A stretch of 63,976 bases of DNA, filler included. It is 6 parts of 6 records of this genome, joined end to end, with 100 filler letters (N's around TTAATTAATTAA, not from the genome) between each part and the next. Parts side by side here need not be neighbours in the genome. Positions count along the whole stretch, not along the records: positions 60,956 to 63,976 come from SRR20825010_4954; 5 more parts are not named here. One strand, written 5' to 3'. Under the pieces are notes generated by a model, which saw nothing but the letters and a program-made list of their open reading frames with translations, ran no database searches and was not told where the DNA came from. Below, piece after piece: positions 60,957 through 63,976 of the stretch; position 1 is the first letter of the stretch; every line of letters begins with the position of its first letter. Made by a program: the position numbers and the translations under genes.

Positions 60957-61181
60957 ATGCACAACAATATCCGCTGCTGCTGCATCAGCCCGGGCGAAGT
61001 TGCCACTCCGATCTTGAACCAGCGCCCCGTCCAGCTTCGCGAAGAAGAACTTGCTTTGCTGTTAAAGCCCGACGATCTGGCCGACATGGTAAGCTATGTG
61101 GTTGCGGCCCCAACACGGGTCTGCTTCAATGAAATCGTGATGTCCCCGACCTACAACCGGGCCCTTCTGCCGCAGCCTTAA
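60957..61181 (+). CDS. SDR family oxidoreductase, C-terminal fragment
   Basis: IRCCCISPGEVATPIL..L.PDDLA..P.RVC.NEI..SPT pattern. Confidence 0.8.
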   Translation: MHNNIRCCCISPGEVATPILNQRPVQLREEELALLLKPDDLADMVSYVVAAPTRVCFNEIVMSPTYNRALLPQP

Positions 61182-61200
61182 GGCCCAAACGCGTAGACAT

Positions 61201-61241
61201 AAAAAAGGCAGCACCGATGACAATTCATCGCGCTGCCTTTT
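61201..61241. terminator. Bidirectional terminator
   Basis: AAAAAAGGCAGC...GCTGCCTTTT hairpin between convergent genes. Confidence 0.75.
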
Positions 61242-61264
61242 AATTAATCTTCAGAAATCGGTGA

Positions 61265-61774
61265 TTACATTGCACTTGCCGCACGCGATGCCTGATCATA
61301 GACACCCGAAATGGCGCGCAGTGTTTTCGCAACGTCACCAACTTCTTCGCTGTTCACACCAAGGCGCTGGAAGGTTTCGACAAGGCAGGCTTCGCGGACT
61401 TCGCGGTACTTTTCGCACATCGCGCGTCCGTCTGCGGTTGTGCCGTAATGCACTTCCTTGCCGCGCTTGATGCCTTCGACCAAACCAAGCTTACGAAGTT
61501 TTTTCAGGGAATAGTTCACAAGATGGCTGTCTTCGACATTCAGAACAAAACAGACTTCAGACAGGCTTTTTTCGCGTTCACGTGAATTGACATTATGCAG
61601 CACGAGAATATCAAGCACGGACACATCGGGCATCCCGGCCGCCCGCATGCACCTTACCATCCAACGGTTAAACGCATTCCCCGACAAGATCAGGGCAAAT
61701 TCAAGCTCGGAAAGTTCGGCAGCGCGTTCCGAGACAAGATGTGACGATGAGACAATACGCGTTTTTTCAGCCAT
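61265..61774 (-). CDS. MarR-like winged-helix regulator
   Basis: IVSSSHL..ELSELEFAL..AFNRWMVRCM, NVEDSHLVNYSLKKL and SGVYDQASRAA motifs. Confidence 0.85.
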   Translation of the reverse strand: MAEKTRIVSSSHLVSERAAELSELEFALILSGNAFNRWMVRCMRAAGMPDVSVLDILVLHNVNSREREKSLSEVCFVLNVEDSHLVNYSLKKLRKLGLVEGIKRGKEVHYGTTADGRAMCEKYREVREACLVETFQRLGVNSEEVGDVAKTLRAISGVYDQASRAASAM

Positions 61775-61912
61775 CCGACGTTCCCTGCTTTCAATTCTTC
61801 AGCTCTGTTATCGTCGATTTCAAATGAAATCATCGCAAGTTTGTCGGGATTTTATCGCAATAAAGGCGACAAGGTAAAGCCCCTGCCGCCTATTATTCTC
61901 GACAAATCATCG

Positions 61913-63874
61913 TCAAAGTGCGCGCATGCGTTCCAGGAACCCATCAATCTGGGTGCGCAAATCACTATTTTGTCTGTCCAGATTGTTCGCCGATGCGTTG
62001 ACGTCTGTTGCCGCAGTGTTGGTTTCACTTACCGCCGCTGACACGCCTTGCATGGCCGATGAAATTTCCTCAGTCCCGGCAGCTGCCTGCTCCACATTTT
62101 GTGAAATTTCACTGGTGGCGACGGTTTGTTGTTCCACCGCAGCTGCAACGGCTGCAGCACGTTCACTGATATCGGCAATCATGGTGACGATTTCGTCAAT
62201 CGCATCAACCGCAATACCCGTTGCCTGCTGGATATCATTGATCTGGGTGGTGATGTCTTCGGTCGCCTTGGCGGTTTGGTTGGCAAGGTTTTTGACTTCG
62301 CTTGCGACAACGGCAAAGCCTTTTCCGGCATCTCCTGCACGGGCAGCCTCAATGGTCGCATTAAGGGCGAGCAAATTGGTTTGACCGGCAATGTCACTGA
62401 TAAGGCCAATGACCTCGCCAATTTTAAGGGCCGAATCATTCAAGCCCTGAATATTGTCATTGGTACTGCGCGCCCGCTCGGTTGCGGAAAGCGCCATGTT
62501 GGACGTTTCACTGACCTGACCGGAAATCTCGTTGATCGAAGCCGAAAGTTCCGTTGCCGCGGTTGCCACCAATTGGACATTTGCCGATGCTTCTTCGGCC
62601 CCCGATGATACCGCCATGGATTGATTGGCTGCTGTATCTGCACTGCTGCGCAGAACGTTGGAAACCTGATGGAGTTGCTTAACAGCTGCGGTCACATCGA
62701 CCATCACAGCAACAACGGCCTTATCAAATTCCTGAATATACTGTTCTTGCGTTTCCATGCGTTTGCGCCGCTGTTCATCGCGCTTTTTCTCGGCCGCTTC
62801 GAGTTTGATGCGCTCTATTCCATTTTCACGGAACACAAGAACCGCACGGCCCATCTCGCCAATTTCATCAGCGCGTTTGACTTCATTGATATCCACATCA
62901 AAGTCATTATCGGCAAGACGGGTCATTTTGTTGGTGAGACCTGCAATCGCACGAACAATGGCCCGCGACAGCAGGAATGAAAGCCCCATCAAGGCCAAAA
63001 TGCCGATCAAATACATCGCAACGGTAACCGTCAGACTGGTCGCAGCGATCTGGTCGGCCCTTTGTTTTTCAGCCGTCGCAATGTCACCGATTGATGCACT
63101 TAACGTATCAAGAATTGGTTCTGCCTCAGCGTAGAAATCAGAAAGAAAACCAAGCTCTGCCTCACGCTGCAGGATTTTTTCCGACAGTGCCTTTAAGTCG
63201 GTGACATATGATGTCATCAGCTCAGTGATTTTGGCCTGTTCGGAGGCAGGAATATTCGATGCGGCCAAGGCCGGACCAAATTCCGCAAGGCGATCGTCCA
63301 CCCGTCCAACATATTTTGGATCAAGGCGGGCGAGGAAGTCTTTCTCGTGGCGTCGCATCATCAACATGATAACCGTCAGGTTATCGGCCTTGTATTTGCC
63401 AAGTGCCTCTTCAACGTTGTGAACTGAGCCACGCAATCTTCCCAAAAGACCCTGATCTTCATCCAGGCCTATCTCGCGCTGCAATGCGACGACGATTCCG
63501 AATTTATCGCCGTAACTGGAAAATGCCGTTCTGATCTGATCAAGCTGATCGTCAAATGCCGTCAATGCCGTGTTGGTTTCAAGTTTTGCCAAGTCGGTAT
63601 TCACATCGGTCACGACACCTGCATGCTGGGAGACATATTTTTCCTCCAGCCTGAGCAAGAAATCCTTTTCACGCCGCCGGGCATTAAGAAAATCACGCGA
63701 AATCTGATCGGCGACAAGTTTGTCATCCAGCGCACCTTCCGCCACCATTTGGGCGGTTTGTCTTTGCTGCTCCGCAACAAACTGAACAACCCCCACCACA
63801 ACAAAGATCACAAGTGCTACGGCACCGATCAACGAAATTTGATAGAGAAGTCTCATACGGGAAAGAAAATTCAT
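61913..63874 (-). CDS. Methyl-accepting chemotaxis protein
   Basis: TM-sensor-TM-HAMP (RADEIGEM) plus signalling hairpin ([31 protein letters not shown]). Start inferred at the ATG at 63874. Confidence 0.95.
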   Translation of the reverse strand: MNFLSRMRLLYQISLIGAVALVIFVVVGVVQFVAEQQRQTAQMVAEGALDDKLVADQISRDFLNARRREKDFLLRLEEKYVSQHAGVVTDVNTDLAKLETNTALTAFDDQLDQIRTAFSSYGDKFGIVVALQREIGLDEDQGLLGRLRGSVHNVEEALGKYKADNLTVIMLMMRRHEKDFLARLDPKYVGRVDDRLAEFGPALAASNIPASEQAKITELMTSYVTDLKALSEKILQREAELGFLSDFYAEAEPILDTLSASIGDIATAEKQRADQIAATSLTVTVAMYLIGILALMGLSFLLSRAIVRAIAGLTNKMTRLADNDFDVDINEVKRADEIGEMGRAVLVFRENGIERIKLEAAEKKRDEQRRKRMETQEQYIQEFDKAVVAVMVDVTAAVKQLHQVSNVLRSSADTAANQSMAVSSGAEEASANVQLVATAATELSASINEISGQVSETSNMALSATERARSTNDNIQGLNDSALKIGEVIGLISDIAGQTNLLALNATIEAARAGDAGKGFAVVASEVKNLANQTAKATEDITTQINDIQQATGIAVDAIDEIVTMIADISERAAAVAAAVEQQTVATSEISQNVEQAAAGTEEISSAMQGVSAAVSETNTAATDVNASANNLDRQNSDLRTQIDGFLERMRAL

Positions 63875-63976
63875 CTCGGCCCCCAAGCCTTGAACCTGCA
63901 CTATGCTTAAGTATTGCAATTCATAAGTCAGGTGCAGATCCGCGTTAAAAGACGAAGCGGGAAACGTCGTCACCCC

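Noticed and set aside
61816-61872. Dyads upstream of the MarR-like regulator (GATTTCA-aa-TGAAATC, TTGTCG...CGACAA)
   Set aside because: Short or imperfect, and I cannot tell an operator from the chemoreceptor terminator.
1-63976. CRISPR arrays, tRNA/rRNA, IS elements, prophage or defence systems
   Set aside because: No spaced direct-repeat array, RNA-gene signature, transposase, integrase or defence-domain motif was recognised by eye. A formal Infernal/HMM scan was not possible.

Overview
This window is not one locus. It is six unrelated contig fragments joined by five identical 100-bp artificial spacers (N44-TTAATTAATTAA-N44). (1) 1-8339, AT-rich Bacteroidota core region: pheT, a coiled-coil gene, zapA, rny, an MtfA-like peptidase, the two methylmalonyl-CoA mutase subunits and the 5' end of dnaA. 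(2) 8440-17563, alphaproteobacterial: scoB/scoA, tandem GST-like genes, yciI, two serine hydrolases, a truncated haemoglobin, DUF418 and ppa. (3) 17664-26060, GC-rich alphaproteobacterial: clpA/clpS, a phasin with PhaR-type boxes, a SPOR-domain DD-carboxypeptidase, a three-gene membrane-protein operon with two small ORFs missing from the ORF track behind an EcfG-type promoter, DUF2867, pmm/pgm and ugd. (4) 26161-45199, Bacteroidota accessory region: two paralogous secreted beta-helix/Ig proteins (the complete copy has a T9SS C-terminal domain) bracketing a Tat glycoside hydrolase, a LamG protein and two phosphatases, followed by a locus resembling ribose-utilisation systems (ADP-ribosylglycohydrolases, tandem esterases, sugar permease). 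(5) 45300-60855, Bacteroidota core: maeB, ruvA, sprA, gcvH, vanZ-like, tonB, a winged-helix operon, an aldo/keto reductase, acs and an ActP-like symporter. (6) 60956-63976, alphaproteobacterial: SDR fragment, MarR-type regulator and a chemoreceptor. I saw no rRNA, tRNA, CRISPR array, transposase, prophage or recognisable defence system. The best candidates for undescribed biology are the EcfG-type small-protein operon, the duplicated beta-helix T9SS proteins with their Cys-bracketed module, and the ADP-ribosylglycohydrolase/esterase/permease locus. Taxonomic and family assignments come from motif recognition, not database searches.
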